This document shows positions 50,072 to 60,599 of a stretch of 64,000 bases of DNA, piece by piece. A program made the position numbers and the translations under genes. How positions within the stretch are numbered: position 1 is the first letter of the stretch; every line of letters begins with the position of its first letter. The notes beneath the pieces were generated by a model. It made no database searches. It had not been told where the DNA came from and saw only the letters and a program-made list of their open reading frames with translations. The DNA lies in the IMG/VR virus record IMGVR_UViG_3300029355_000102. The stretch is one strand, 5' to 3'. This DNA comes from a virus.

Positions 50072-51178
50072 TCATTGTTTTCGTCTCCTAATCTTCTCTC
50101 CCCTACCCTTTTTGGCACTTCCTTTCTTTAGATCTCGTTCCAAGGTCATATCTGTTACGGCACTGTATATCTGCGTGGTTTTTACACTTTGATGGCCGAG
50201 TATGGTCTGAACTGTAGTTATACTGACACCTCTATACAAGAGCAGTGTTGCGCAAGTATGTCGGGCAGTGTGAAAGGTCATTTTTTTTATCCCTACTTGT
50301 TTTGCAATTTTTTTCAGGTCCCTATTGGCTTGCTGGTTGCTTCCGATGCGAAATATTACTCCCCTATTCCTCGAAATGGATCTTGTAAGCTCTAGCGCCT
50401 TTCCTTCGAAGATTGTGCTTAACGGTATGCGTATTTCCTTGTTTGTCTTATACATTTTGAGGACAATCCATTTTTTACGGTTGATTGTGTATATATTCTG
50501 TTTGGTAAACATGCGCACATCCGAGTATCTTAAACCAGTATAACAACTGAAGAGAAAAGCGTTTAACGCCTCATTGGGTTCTGCAAGATTTTCTCTATAT
50601 TTCTCCAATATTTCAAGTTCCTTTTCAGTAAGTGCATCTCTATGTACTTGTTCTGTTCTGATTGTATAATTCAAGAACGGGTATTCTGTGATTATTCTTT
50701 TTTTTCGTGCAATATTGATATATCTCTTGAGTGATTTCATGTGACGAGCTATCGTGTTCGTTGATAGATTACATACCTCACGCATGTGAATCTCAAATTC
50801 AAGAAGAAAATCACTGGATACCTCTTGAAGGCTAATGTTCGGTGAAAAGCTCCTAATTTGGTTCAGTGTGTCCAAATGGATTTTTTTGGTACTCTCTCTG
50901 ATGGAAGCAATTGGGATTTCCCTCTCCATAAACTTGATTAAGCTATCCCCTTTTTTCTCCATCATCTTCGCACCTGCTGCAAAATTATTCAAATTTCCAT
51001 AGCTCATTATATGGTTTACGCCATCTATTTGTACCTGGATTAACAGTGCACCGTTATTATCCAAACCAATCTGTCGTAGCTCACTCAGAAAATTGCTTGT
51101 TGCAGTTTCGATATCCATTGCTTTGTCCGCAGTTTTTTCATAATGCAAAAATAATACAAAGTTATTCTGGACAAGCAT
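50072..51178 (-). CDS. tyrosine site-specific integrase
   Basis: TGLRYSD, HTARHTCAT, LGHQSVKTTQIY catalytic motifs. Confidence 0.8.
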   Translation of the reverse strand: MLVQNNFVLFLHYEKTADKAMDIETATSNFLSELRQIGLDNNGALLIQVQIDGVNHIMSYGNLNNFAAGAKMMEKKGDSLIKFMEREIPIASIRESTKKIHLDTLNQIRSFSPNISLQEVSSDFLLEFEIHMREVCNLSTNTIARHMKSLKRYINIARKKRIITEYPFLNYTIRTEQVHRDALTEKELEILEKYRENLAEPNEALNAFLFSCYTGLRYSDVRMFTKQNIYTINRKKWIVLKMYKTNKEIRIPLSTIFEGKALELTRSISRNRGVIFRIGSNQQANRDLKKIAKQVGIKKMTFHTARHTCATLLLYRGVSITTVQTILGHQSVKTTQIYSAVTDMTLERDLKKGSAKKGRGEKIRRRKQ

Positions 51179-51240
51179 GGAAAGATAATATTTGTACTAC
51201 CACCCTAGTATTGGTAGCTTGTACTACAATTTGATTGCGT

Positions 51241-51780
51241 AGTTCACTTGCTGTGCGCCAAAACATTCAAATGTCCACGCATTTGAATATTTGCATATTT
51301 AAGAGTTTGAGAATTTAAGTGCTTAAATATTTAAATGTCCATATTTTACATGTTGGGTATCTGTGTATTCAAACGCACGAATACTAAAGTATTCACATAT
51401 TTCAATGTCAGCACAGTTAAGTATTTATATATTTATATATCTGAGTATTTGAACGTATAAACATGTAAACGTTTATATGTTTGAGAGTCTGAACATTTAA
51501 ACTTTCGGATGCCTGAATATTTATATTCTATGCGTTGGGTATCTATGCATTTGAATACACAGATGCATAAATACTAAAGCATTCACATATCTCAATGTCT
51601 GCATATGCGAATATTTAAATATACAAGCATTCTAATATGTGAACATGCAGAAATCTAAACGTTTGCATATTTGAATATCCAAACATTAAAACTCTTAAAC
51701 GCTCAGATGTTCAAGTATAAAAAATGCTTAAACACTCAAATATTTAAATATTTAAAATTGCTTATTAAAAGGCAATAGCG
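51241..51780. repeat. AT-rich iteron-like repeat field (candidate att/partition/replication site)
   Basis: multiple AAATATTT-type palindromes (ttaaatatttaa at 51315; aaatatttaaatattt at 51737) and about 70-bp imperfect direct repeat 51351-51415 vs 51534-51606. Confidence 0.55.
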
Positions 51781-51814
51781 TATTTTTGTTACACGAAATT
51801 ACACATCTGAATAT

Positions 51815-52693
51815 ATGGCAACGATATTAAGTGTTTTAAATTACAAGGGTGGGGTCGCAAAGACCACCACAACGGCCAGTCTGGGCACAGCACTTTGGAT
51901 TCTAGGAAAGAGAGTACTTCTGATAGACACAGATCCACAGTGCGACCTTACTTTTTTGCTGGGTTTTGACGGTGCTGCGGGAGATGAGACTTTTAATGAG
52001 TGGTTTATGCGGCAAAGCGACGAAGGCTCCGTACCTGTATATGTGAGATATGACGCTATAGACAACCGATATAGTGGAAAGGAACGTCTGTATTACATTC
52101 CTTCTTCAAGAGAGCTCCGCGATGCCGATATGATACTGGCTGCGCGAAAGGCCAGGGAGCGTATTTTAAAACGTAAATTAAAACCGCTTCAAGATGCGTT
52201 TGATTATATATTAATCGACTGTTCTCCTAAAGAAAGTATCGTAAACTTCAATGCGATGGTAGTTAGTGACCGGGTGTTGGTCCCTATAGATTGCAGCGGT
52301 TTTTCCTTGAAAGGGATGCAGACATTGATGGATTCCATAAACGAGGTCAAGGATGATGAATTTAATGAGGAATTGGACATTCTAGGCTTTTTACCTATAC
52401 GGTATGACCGGAATACCCGTATCAGTAGAAGCGTAATAGAGTATTTTGAAAGTCAATTCCCTGGAAAGGTATTCAAAACAAAAATACGTAAAAGCGTCCG
52501 TTTCGACGAAAGCCCCCTAAGGCATAGGACTATATTTGAACATGATCCGGAAGGCAATGGCGCCGAAGACTACATGAGTCTTGCAGAGGAGATTACCGGC
52601 GAGAGAAGGCCTGAGGATTGGCAGCGTCGCGCTTTGGAAGCATGGTATATGAAAAATCCGGATGAACGCCCGGTAGATGATAATGAAAACTAA
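51815..52693 (+). CDS. parA: ParA-family partition ATPase
   Basis: N-terminal deviant Walker A NYKGGVAKTTTTASLG. Confidence 0.8.
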   Translation: MATILSVLNYKGGVAKTTTTASLGTALWILGKRVLLIDTDPQCDLTFLLGFDGAAGDETFNEWFMRQSDEGSVPVYVRYDAIDNRYSGKERLYYIPSSRELRDADMILAARKARERILKRKLKPLQDAFDYILIDCSPKESIVNFNAMVVSDRVLVPIDCSGFSLKGMQTLMDSINEVKDDEFNEELDILGFLPIRYDRNTRISRSVIEYFESQFPGKVFKTKIRKSVRFDESPLRHRTIFEHDPEGNGAEDYMSLAEEITGERRPEDWQRRALEAWYMKNPDERPVDDNEN

Positions 52694-53132
52694 TACATTT
52701 GACAGTATGGCAGGAAAAAACGAAAAAGTCGATTTTTTAAGCGAAATAGGCTCAATGGTAAAGAGCCAGAAAGAAGAGAATCAAATTCTGCGCCGCAAGA
52801 AAGCGGAAAACAGGATTGATGAACCGGAATTGAGCGTAGAGGTTGAAAAGGAAGACCAACAACCTATGGCTGCACCGAAAGAGGACAGAGAGGTAAAAGA
52901 CCGTTCAAAGGCTGCTCAAAAGGTAGAGCGAAAAAAGGCTATGAATGTATGGTTCGATGTAGATACGCATAAGGATCTAGGACGTATCAAACTAGAACAT
53001 GACATTGATATGAGAGAAATTGCATACATAGCTATCCGCAAATTCCTGGATGAGTACATGAAGGATGGCAAGCTGAATGAGAAAGGGATTAACTATCTGG
53101 AAAAGAAACTGAAAGAATTGAATGGATTTTGA
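52677..53132 (+). CDS. ParB/ParG-like RHH partner protein (putative)
   Basis: 151 aa, overlapping parA stop; C-terminal KKAMNVWFDVDTHKDLGRIKLE ribbon-helix-helix-like. Confidence 0.35.
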   Translation: MIMKTNTFDSMAGKNEKVDFLSEIGSMVKSQKEENQILRRKKAENRIDEPELSVEVEKEDQQPMAAPKEDREVKDRSKAAQKVERKKAMNVWFDVDTHKDLGRIKLEHDIDMREIAYIAIRKFLDEYMKDGKLNEKGINYLEKKLKELNGF

Positions 53133-53202
53133 TTATCCGCGATCGTACCACCACTCATAGTACGCGGATAATCATATAAGTAGATAACATAAAAATAAAA
53201 AT

Positions 53203-53646
53203 ATGCTTCAGAACGATCAAAATCAATTGGATTATGCCATGCTTCCATTCGTGATGCGTGATTTGGTCAATATGGTTATGAAGAAAAAGATGTTGCCTTT
53301 AAGAGATGCGTTATATTATATCTATTCTTCCAAACTGTATAAGTCTTTATTGGATTTGAATACTAAACTGTGGTATTCAAGCACATTATCACTTTATGAA
53401 GCATTAGAGAAAGAGAAAACGGAGCAAAGGAAAATACAAGGTGACGAGTCCAAAGTCCTACTTTTTAAAATGTTCTGTATAGAAAGTTATAGGGAAGCAA
53501 AAAAGAAAAGTGCCGAAGAGATCCTTCTGTTGTTTTCCAATCATGGGGTTCTTGAATTTCTAAATGACAATTTTGAAATGCTGCACACCCAAGATACAGA
53601 ATATATACTAGATACTATAACAACTTATATCAATAAAAAGAAATGA
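53203..53646 (+). CDS. DUF3791-family protein
   Basis: 147 aa all-alpha; paired with DUF3990 gene. Confidence 0.45.
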   Translation: MLQNDQNQLDYAMLPFVMRDLVNMVMKKKMLPLRDALYYIYSSKLYKSLLDLNTKLWYSSTLSLYEALEKEKTEQRKIQGDESKVLLFKMFCIESYREAKKKSAEEILLLFSNHGVLEFLNDNFEMLHTQDTEYILDTITTYINKKK

Positions 53647-54125
53647 GACTATATCACGGTTCAACAGTTGTCGTAAAACGTCCTAATATACAGAAAGGCC
53701 GTAAAGCTACGGATTTCGGAAGAGGATTCTATACGACAACTAACTTTGAGCAGGCAAAAAAATGGGCTTTGCTCAAAAAGAACAGGGAACAAAGCGATAG
53801 GGCAATTGTCTCGGTCTATGAAGTGCCTGATAATATCCTTGAAGGAGAATTTGTTGTTCGCCATTTCGCAGGCGCAACAAAAGAATGGTTGGAGTTTGTT
53901 GTCAACAACCGTAAAGGAAAAAGTACAGAAGAATATGAGTTGGTAATGGGACCTGTCGCAAATGATCAGTTATATGCTACTATCAGGCTCTATGAGCAGG
54001 GGGTTATTACAGCTGATGCGGCCATTGAGATGCTTAAGACACACAAATTATTCAATCAGCTTTCATTCCATGCGGAAAGAGTCGCTGTGTTATTAAAGTT
54101 TGTAGAAGCTGTCAAGATAGAATGA
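53643..54125 (+). CDS. DUF3990-family protein
   Basis: MRLYHGSTVVV... N-terminus typical of DUF3990. Confidence 0.5.
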   Translation: MRLYHGSTVVVKRPNIQKGRKATDFGRGFYTTTNFEQAKKWALLKKNREQSDRAIVSVYEVPDNILEGEFVVRHFAGATKEWLEFVVNNRKGKSTEEYELVMGPVANDQLYATIRLYEQGVITADAAIEMLKTHKLFNQLSFHAERVAVLLKFVEAVKIE

Positions 54126-54138
54126 GGTATAAGAGTCT

Positions 54139-54729
54139 TTGAGGTGCAAAAAATCAATTATGGACGAGCTGCAATTAATCCAAAGCAGGATCTATGAGAT
54201 CCGGGGCCAGAAGGTAATGCTGGACTTTGACCTGGCAGAAATGTACGAGGTGGAAACACGAGCTCTCAATCAGGCGGTGAAGCGTAATATCGAGCGTTTC
54301 CCGGAGGACTTCATGTTTCAACTGACAAAAGAAGAAACATTGAATTGGAAATCACAAATTGTGATGTCCAATTCTATAAAGATGGGTATGAGACGTTCTC
54401 CTTATGCTTTTACAGAATTAGGAGTTGCTATGCTTAGCAGTGTTTTAAATTCAAAGGCAGCCATACAAATCAATATGAGTATCATGCGTGCCTTCGTCGC
54501 CATCCGCCAGCTGATAGCCAATCCACCGGTAGACAGAGTGGGAGAACTGGAAAAGCAAATGCAGGAACTTCGGGCCTACATGGAAGAAGTTTTTACCGAT
54601 TATAACGACATCAACGAGGATACCCGGATGCAACTGGAGATGATCAACCAGACGTTGGCCGAGCTTCAGGTCAGGAAGAAGGTTGAAGAGAAACCACGTA
54701 ATCCGATTGGATTCCGGGCCTATGAATAG
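54139..54729 (+). CDS. ORF6N (KilA-N-related) domain protein
   Basis: [46 protein letters not shown]. Confidence 0.6.
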   Translation: MRCKKSIMDELQLIQSRIYEIRGQKVMLDFDLAEMYEVETRALNQAVKRNIERFPEDFMFQLTKEETLNWKSQIVMSNSIKMGMRRSPYAFTELGVAMLSSVLNSKAAIQINMSIMRAFVAIRQLIANPPVDRVGELEKQMQELRAYMEEVFTDYNDINEDTRMQLEMINQTLAELQVRKKVEEKPRNPIGFRAYE

Positions 54730-54769
54730 TCGTTTTTCCCTATTTGTCAATACGTAAATATTATAAATT

Positions 54770-55549
54770 ATGATTCCTATCTTCAATGATATACAAAAGA
54801 AAAAGGCTGACTTCATCATTACGAACAAGCACGCTAAACTTTCTTCATTGACATCTTCCGAGATAAAGGACCTGGCAGTAGTGTGGTGTTATTACTCTGG
54901 AAAGATAGAGGGAAACACCTACACATATGTGGAGACAGAAGCTTTACTGAAAGATAATATCACATCGGAAAAGAGATATGAGGACGCCAAGATGCTGAAA
55001 AACCTCTATAATACTTTTGTTTCCGAAATGGAATATATCAATAAGGAGCATAATCAGGAGCAAATAGGTGAACGTACCTTGTTTCGGTTACATCGTACCA
55101 TCTCCAGTGAGTTGGTATCCAGTGAAGAGTCCGGCATGCTGCGCTCCCGTGCTGTACGGATTACCGGTACGGAATATATCCCGCCAAAAGAAATCCGGGA
55201 GATACGGATGGCCTTAAACGAAATATTTTTTAACCAGGAATTATATAGCAATCCACTGGAGAGAGCTATTTATCTACATTGTAATATAGCCAAGCTCCAG
55301 CCCTTCATTGACGGGAACAAACGTACCTCACGTATGATGGAAAGCATCGTTATGATGAATGCTGATTTGATTCCGGTATATTCCGCAAAGGATGCGGATA
55401 TCCTTCACTATAGGAAAGGACTGATTTTTTTCTATGAAACAGGGAATTATTCCGGATATACGGATTATTTCCTTAACCGGCAGATAGAGCGAATTAATGA
55501 ATTATCGTTGTCTGGAGAACCTACTTTTGACCTGAACAAGAATAGGTAG
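54770..55549 (+). CDS. Fic/DOC-family protein
   Basis: HCNIAKLQPFIDGNKRTSR core motif. Confidence 0.65.
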   Translation: MIPIFNDIQKKKADFIITNKHAKLSSLTSSEIKDLAVVWCYYSGKIEGNTYTYVETEALLKDNITSEKRYEDAKMLKNLYNTFVSEMEYINKEHNQEQIGERTLFRLHRTISSELVSSEESGMLRSRAVRITGTEYIPPKEIREIRMALNEIFFNQELYSNPLERAIYLHCNIAKLQPFIDGNKRTSRMMESIVMMNADLIPVYSAKDADILHYRKGLIFFYETGNYSGYTDYFLNRQIERINELSLSGEPTFDLNKNR

Positions 55550-55597
55550 GAGGGGTGGACTATGGTATGGAACTTTAATAACTAATAAAAAAATACT

Positions 55598-55786
55598 ATG
55601 GCATGGAAAGTTACTGAGAAGAACATCAAGATCCATACAATCATTAACGGCGTGGATTCCGTAGAAGACACGAAAGCTATGATTTCTTATCGAAAGCTAA
55701 AAGTTCTCGGTGCAAAACGTAGAGTTTATAAAAATACAAAGGAAGTATTCTTTCTTATTGAGGCAGACTATAATTTAACTTTGTAA
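55598..55786 (+). CDS. hypothetical small protein
   Basis: 62 aa. Confidence 0.3.
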   Translation: MAWKVTEKNIKIHTIINGVDSVEDTKAMISYRKLKVLGAKRRVYKNTKEVFFLIEADYNLTL

Positions 55787-55817
55787 TTCCCTATTAGTCA
55801 ACTTAAATATTAAAAAT

Positions 55818-56333
55818 ATGAATACACAGAAAGCAATACTGGCTATTGACGCTGTTACGGCAGCAATCGTCAATGGGGTAATCAATACCGCCTTCATAGA
55901 TAAATTAATTTATGGAAAACTTGACAATGAATTATACAAGCACGTCCTGAATAAGTGGGCGAGCAAGAAAGGTGATGTATTTGATTTCTACCTGAACAGT
56001 AACGATGATATAAAAAGATGGCTGCTTGAGGCTCTGGACGTGGAAGTAGAGCCGGATAAATACCCGGACTATGACAGCCGGATTACGGCGCAGCTTAGGG
56101 ATGGGAAGATCCGTTCAGAAATATATCCTTTTGAGACGGAAACCGTGGATTCCTTCTTCCTTTTCGGATATAACCATAGTCTTGATACATTGAAGAAAGT
56201 CAGTTCTTCAGCATGGCAAACTGTAAGCGACAATAATATAGACCGATATGGCAATTATAAGAACTGGTCACAGTTTTGGGAAAGAGCGAGTAGGGAAGAT
56301 AAGGAATTACTTTTGAATTATATGAACCAATAA
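55818..56333 (+). CDS. hypothetical protein
   Basis: 171 aa. Confidence 0.35.
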   Translation: MNTQKAILAIDAVTAAIVNGVINTAFIDKLIYGKLDNELYKHVLNKWASKKGDVFDFYLNSNDDIKRWLLEALDVEVEPDKYPDYDSRITAQLRDGKIRSEIYPFETETVDSFFLFGYNHSLDTLKKVSSSAWQTVSDNNIDRYGNYKNWSQFWERASREDKELLLNYMNQ

Positions 56334-56349
56334 CAGGAAAGATATAATA

Positions 56350-57243
56350 ATGGGGAATCAAGGAGAAATCATATTATACCAGCCAGACGAAGAAATAAAG
56401 CTGGATGTTCGTTTGGAAAATGAAACGGTATGGCTTTCTATTGATGAAATGTCTCATTTGTTTGGCCGAGATATTAGTGTCATTGGAAAACATATCCGGA
56501 ATATCTTCAAAGAGGGAGAATTGATAAAGGATTCAGTTTGGGCAAAATTTGCCTATACTGCTTCTGATGGTAAGACTTATCAAGTGGATTATTATAATCT
56601 TGATGTAATTATATCTGTCGGATATCGGGTAAAGAGTCAACGGGGTACTCAATTTAGACAGTGGGCAAACAAGGTGTTGAAAGAATACCTTTTGAAAGGC
56701 TATTCCATCAATCAACGTATTAACCAACTGGAGAATAAAACGGATTCAAGGCTGACTGCCCATGACCGGCAACTGGAAGAGCTAACAAATAAAGTCGATT
56801 TCTTTGTCCGCACATCCCTTCCCCCGGTAGAGGGCATCTTCTTCGACGGCCAGATCTTCGATGCCTATAAATTCGCTTCGGATCTTATCAAGTCTGCCAG
56901 ACAGTCGCTTGTACTCATTGACAACTATGTTGATGAGAGCGTGCTGCTCATGCTGAGCAAACGGCAGCCGGGAGTAACGGCCACCATCTACACGCAGCGT
57001 ATAACTTCGCAGCTCCGGCTCGACCTTGACAGACATAACGGCCAGTACCCGCCCGTCGATGTCCGGACATGCAAGTTCTCCCATGACCGGTTCCTTATCG
57101 TTGATGAAACGGACGTGTACCATATCGGAGCATCCCTGAAAGACTTGGGGAAAAAGATGTTCGCTTTCTCAAAGCTGGATATTCCGGCGACTGTGATTAC
57201 CGACTTATTTTTCACTACCTTTGCACAAAGTAAGGTGGAATAA
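56350..57243 (+). CDS. RhuM-family protein
   Basis: GEIILYQPDEEIKLDVRLENETVWLSIDEMSHLFGRD N-terminus typical of RhuM. Confidence 0.65.
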   Translation: MGNQGEIILYQPDEEIKLDVRLENETVWLSIDEMSHLFGRDISVIGKHIRNIFKEGELIKDSVWAKFAYTASDGKTYQVDYYNLDVIISVGYRVKSQRGTQFRQWANKVLKEYLLKGYSINQRINQLENKTDSRLTAHDRQLEELTNKVDFFVRTSLPPVEGIFFDGQIFDAYKFASDLIKSARQSLVLIDNYVDESVLLMLSKRQPGVTATIYTQRITSQLRLDLDRHNGQYPPVDVRTCKFSHDRFLIVDETDVYHIGASLKDLGKKMFAFSKLDIPATVITDLFFTTFAQSKVE

Positions 57244-57363
57244 AAAGAAAAACCCGTTCTTGATGAACGGGTATATCTTTAACTTGGTTACGTGTTTTGA
57301 TAACAGAGGCTTTACCAAGCATTACAACGCAAAGATAGTAATCTTATTCCAAATACCAAAAAA

Positions 57364-58080
57364 ATGAAATATAAAAAAATAGTTAGGTTATACTCAAATT
57401 CACGTGTGGCAAAGTACTATCGGGCTACGAATGGAGATAAAAACAAGGCGGTAATACTTTATTTTGCCAATATGAAAATAGCACAGGCTTTTCATCCGCT
57501 GCTTTCTTCCTTTGAAGTTATCTTGCGAAATCAATTGCATTATGCCCTGGCGCATCATTTCTCGGATGGAAGTTGGATCATAAATCAGAAAAACGGATTT
57601 ATGGTAGCTTCTTCCTTGACGCACATAAATAAGCGTACAAAGAAACAAGTCACTAATAAATATTTGTTGACGGAAGTACAAAAAGCTGAAAAGAACATCT
57701 CCGATCGTGGAGTGAAGGTTACGGCAGGCAGGGTTATAGCAGAACAGACCTTAGGCTTTTGGAATAGCTTTTATGAGGTTCATCATTATATGCTATTATC
57801 CGGGGTCCCTTGTACTATATTTAAGAAGCTGCCTTCTGGATATGGACGTAAACAAGTCAATGATGTGATAACACAAGTTCGTGAATTGAGGAATCGTATC
57901 AACCATAACGAACCTATTTGCTTTGTAAATAAGAAATGTGATTTTTCTTATGCAAGAAAAATGTATAGGTTAATTAGCGAATTTCTCTCTTGGATTGATC
58001 CGGAAATCATGCCGTCTTTGAAAGAGGTGGATAAGGTACTTAAAACAATAGATAAGGAAGAACAAAAACAAAAGATATGA
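57364..58080 (+). CDS. Abi-family (Abi_2/AbiD-F-like) abortive infection protein
   Basis: 238 aa helical; FEVILRNQLHYAL-type motif. Confidence 0.5.
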   Translation: MKYKKIVRLYSNSRVAKYYRATNGDKNKAVILYFANMKIAQAFHPLLSSFEVILRNQLHYALAHHFSDGSWIINQKNGFMVASSLTHINKRTKKQVTNKYLLTEVQKAEKNISDRGVKVTAGRVIAEQTLGFWNSFYEVHHYMLLSGVPCTIFKKLPSGYGRKQVNDVITQVRELRNRINHNEPICFVNKKCDFSYARKMYRLISEFLSWIDPEIMPSLKEVDKVLKTIDKEEQKQKI

Positions 58081-58736
58081 ATGTAGTTATCTATTCACGT
58101 GTAAGCTCGCAATCTACCAGACAATCAACTGAACGACAGGTTGTTGATTTGGAAAGGTTTGCGACCGGACGAGGGGACAAGGTGGTTGCTGTTTTTGAAG
58201 AAAAGGTAAGTGGACGAAAGGCCAATGTAGACCGCCCGGTATTAAGCCGTTGTTTGGAATACTGCATAGATTCGCAGAACCAGGTGGATATGTTACTTCT
58301 GGCCGAGATTTCACGCTTGGGACGTTCCACCTTGGAAATTTTAAAGGCACTTGATATACTGCATACACATAAGGTATGCGTGTACATCCAAAATTTGAAT
58401 TTGGAAACATTACGGCCTGACAAGACAGTAAATCCTTTGTCTTCGCTGGTAACTACTTTGTTAGGGGAACTGGCAGCTATGGAACGCCAGGGAATCATCG
58501 ATCGCCTCAATAGCGGACGGGAGTTGTATATTGAGAAAGGGGGGAGGTTGGGACGGAGACCGGGAAGCAAAAAAAACTTGGAACAGAAAAGAGAAGAATA
58601 CAAAGAGGCTATTTCTCTATTGAGGAAAGGATATTCTATCCGGAATGTTGCTAAGCTGACAAATAAATCTGTTTCAACCATTCTAAGTGTAAAGAAAGAT
58701 TTCAATATCGACAATAAAAAAACACATTCTGAATGA
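58077..58736 (+). CDS. serine recombinase (resolvase/invertase)
   Basis: VIYSRVSS catalytic Ser motif, C-terminal HTH; ATGA-coupled to Abi gene. Confidence 0.75.
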   Translation: MNVVIYSRVSSQSTRQSTERQVVDLERFATGRGDKVVAVFEEKVSGRKANVDRPVLSRCLEYCIDSQNQVDMLLLAEISRLGRSTLEILKALDILHTHKVCVYIQNLNLETLRPDKTVNPLSSLVTTLLGELAAMERQGIIDRLNSGRELYIEKGGRLGRRPGSKKNLEQKREEYKEAISLLRKGYSIRNVAKLTNKSVSTILSVKKDFNIDNKKTHSE

Positions 58737-58764
58737 ATATGCTGAGATTAACTGCTATTAGGAA

Positions 58765-59300
58765 ATGCCTTTATTGGGAATAGTCATCAGTATTAGGACG
58801 CTCTTTTTGCTGTATCATGAGGTTCTCAATGTACCAAAACTTGCCCAAAAGCCAAATTTGTCAGTAAGAGAGGTTACAAACAAGTATCGCAAAGATAATC
58901 TCTTTGCAGTACCTTTTATAGATAAAAAGGGTGAAACGAAGTACAGAGTATTTTACAACGAAAGTTTTGCTCACAAAACGGACTATGAGCCTGCAAGGTA
59001 CGAAACCTTCCATACTTGTTTAAAACTCCATTGCTTAGCCTAACAGAGAGACGCACTGCTAAAACATGTAAGCTGTGTGGAAAACATGGAGAAGTTGTAA
59101 TGTATCATGTACGTACTCTCAAAGGGTTAAAAGGTAAATATGAATAGGAGGATAAGATGTTCCGAATGTACAGAAAGACCTTAGTTATATGCATGGAGTA
59201 CAATGCCAACATTCAACACTGTGAAAAAAAATGATGTTATAGATGGAGAGCCTATACATGGAGACGTGTAAGTACGCTTCGGGGGTAGGCTGATAAAAAC
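58765..59300 (+). mobile_element. decayed group II intron remnant: frameshifted C-terminal fragment of intron-encoded RT/maturase plus domain V-like hairpin
   Basis: 59043-59150 encodes TCKLCGKHGEVVMYHVRTLKGLKGKYE; next frame YRKTLVICMEYNANIQHC (group II IEP C-terminal zinc-finger region); 59243-59276 gagcctatacatggagacgtgtaagtacgcttc resembles domain V. Confidence 0.5.
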
Positions 59301-59555
59301 TTACCGTCACAAGACGGCAAGGCATTATCTGCCGAGCTTACACATAACTCGCAAAATTAATGAGGATATGACAAACCTTGCTAAATGGATTGAGGGTAAA
59401 TATGAGTTGGCAAAGTAAGTACATCACAACCAACATATTTTTTACTCTGATAAGCATTAATCATATGGAGAGAAAAAATAATTGTCACAAAATGAGGTCA
59501 TAAACATAATATTTATTTGTATTTTTGTGTTAACTGTTAGACAATTAAACTGTAT

Positions 59556-60572
59556 ATGAATAAAGGAGAAAAAATAAAGGTTTATTTTAAAATGAATGGT
59601 CGCTATTATGGACTATTTAATGTTATTCAGATGGGTAAAGATGGGATAGTTGATTTGAAAATAACAGACTACTATAACGGTATGGTTATCGTGTCTAAAA
59701 ATTCCAATGATGAAAAAGGGTATTTAACAGAAGAAGAGATAGATAGATCAAGATTTATCTATCGGGCGGAAATGTCATATCATTATGATGGGAGTTTGCT
59801 ACATAAAATAAAAGATGGTATTAAACCGGAGTATTCAAACCCGTATGGGCAAGGGGAACGATGGACTCCTACTAATTCCATAGAAGATTTTCAACCAATT
59901 TTGAATATTGCGATTCGAAGGATGGACATTTATAACAAATCAAGTGTCCACCCTATATTGAAGAACAAAGAAATAGCTTACGTATGCGAAAACGATGATT
60001 TGTTTGAAAAAGATGGTACATATTTTGTCATTCTTTACATTCGAAATAAAAAAATACCTCTAAACCGTTATACAAGAAAAGAACTTTACTCAGACATAAT
60101 AACTGAACTTAACAAAGAGCTTGATCTTTGTATTTTCATACAGAGGTATCAATACCCAAAGCCAAAACCATATTATTCAAAGGGGTGGAAGAGAATGGTA
60201 ACTCCATATCTAAATAACTCTATTAACTTCTGTAATAGAGAATCATCCAAAGATGAGCTGAAGGAAAAGTTTGGTGATGCTATATTTGGATTAATTACTA
60301 ATCGTTTTCTTATGGCTATGACTGATGGGGAATTTATAAATCTATCAGAAGACAAGCTACAACTCATTGATGAGGTTGATATTCTGTATAAAGGGCATGA
60401 AGGTAAAATGCCTGTTAGTAAGCCTATATTTATAAAACTTGCTTTAAATTTTTTAGGTAACAAATTGGTTGAGTTTAATACACTCTCCTCTACAATCAAG
60501 CAGGTTTTATTGAAACAATGGAATAAAGAGGTAGAAGTAAGGTTGCAGAATGAACAAAACAGTAAAGTTTAG
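59556..60572 (+). CDS. hypothetical protein (338 aa), very AT-rich
   Basis: long ORF with no recognisable domain. Confidence 0.4.
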   Translation: MNKGEKIKVYFKMNGRYYGLFNVIQMGKDGIVDLKITDYYNGMVIVSKNSNDEKGYLTEEEIDRSRFIYRAEMSYHYDGSLLHKIKDGIKPEYSNPYGQGERWTPTNSIEDFQPILNIAIRRMDIYNKSSVHPILKNKEIAYVCENDDLFEKDGTYFVILYIRNKKIPLNRYTRKELYSDIITELNKELDLCIFIQRYQYPKPKPYYSKGWKRMVTPYLNNSINFCNRESSKDELKEKFGDAIFGLITNRFLMAMTDGEFINLSEDKLQLIDEVDILYKGHEGKMPVSKPIFIKLALNFLGNKLVEFNTLSSTIKQVLLKQWNKEVEVRLQNEQNSKV

Positions 60573-60599
60573 AGATAGGTTTAATTTGTTGTAACTTTA

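Noticed and set aside
51241-51780. CRISPR array
   Set aside because: Repeats are irregular, AT-rich and overlapping, without uniform repeat-spacer periodicity and with no cas genes.
58765-59043. 92-aa ORF downstream of the resolvase as a real gene
   Set aside because: Continuous with frameshifted group II intron maturase remnants. More likely a fragment of the decayed intron ORF.
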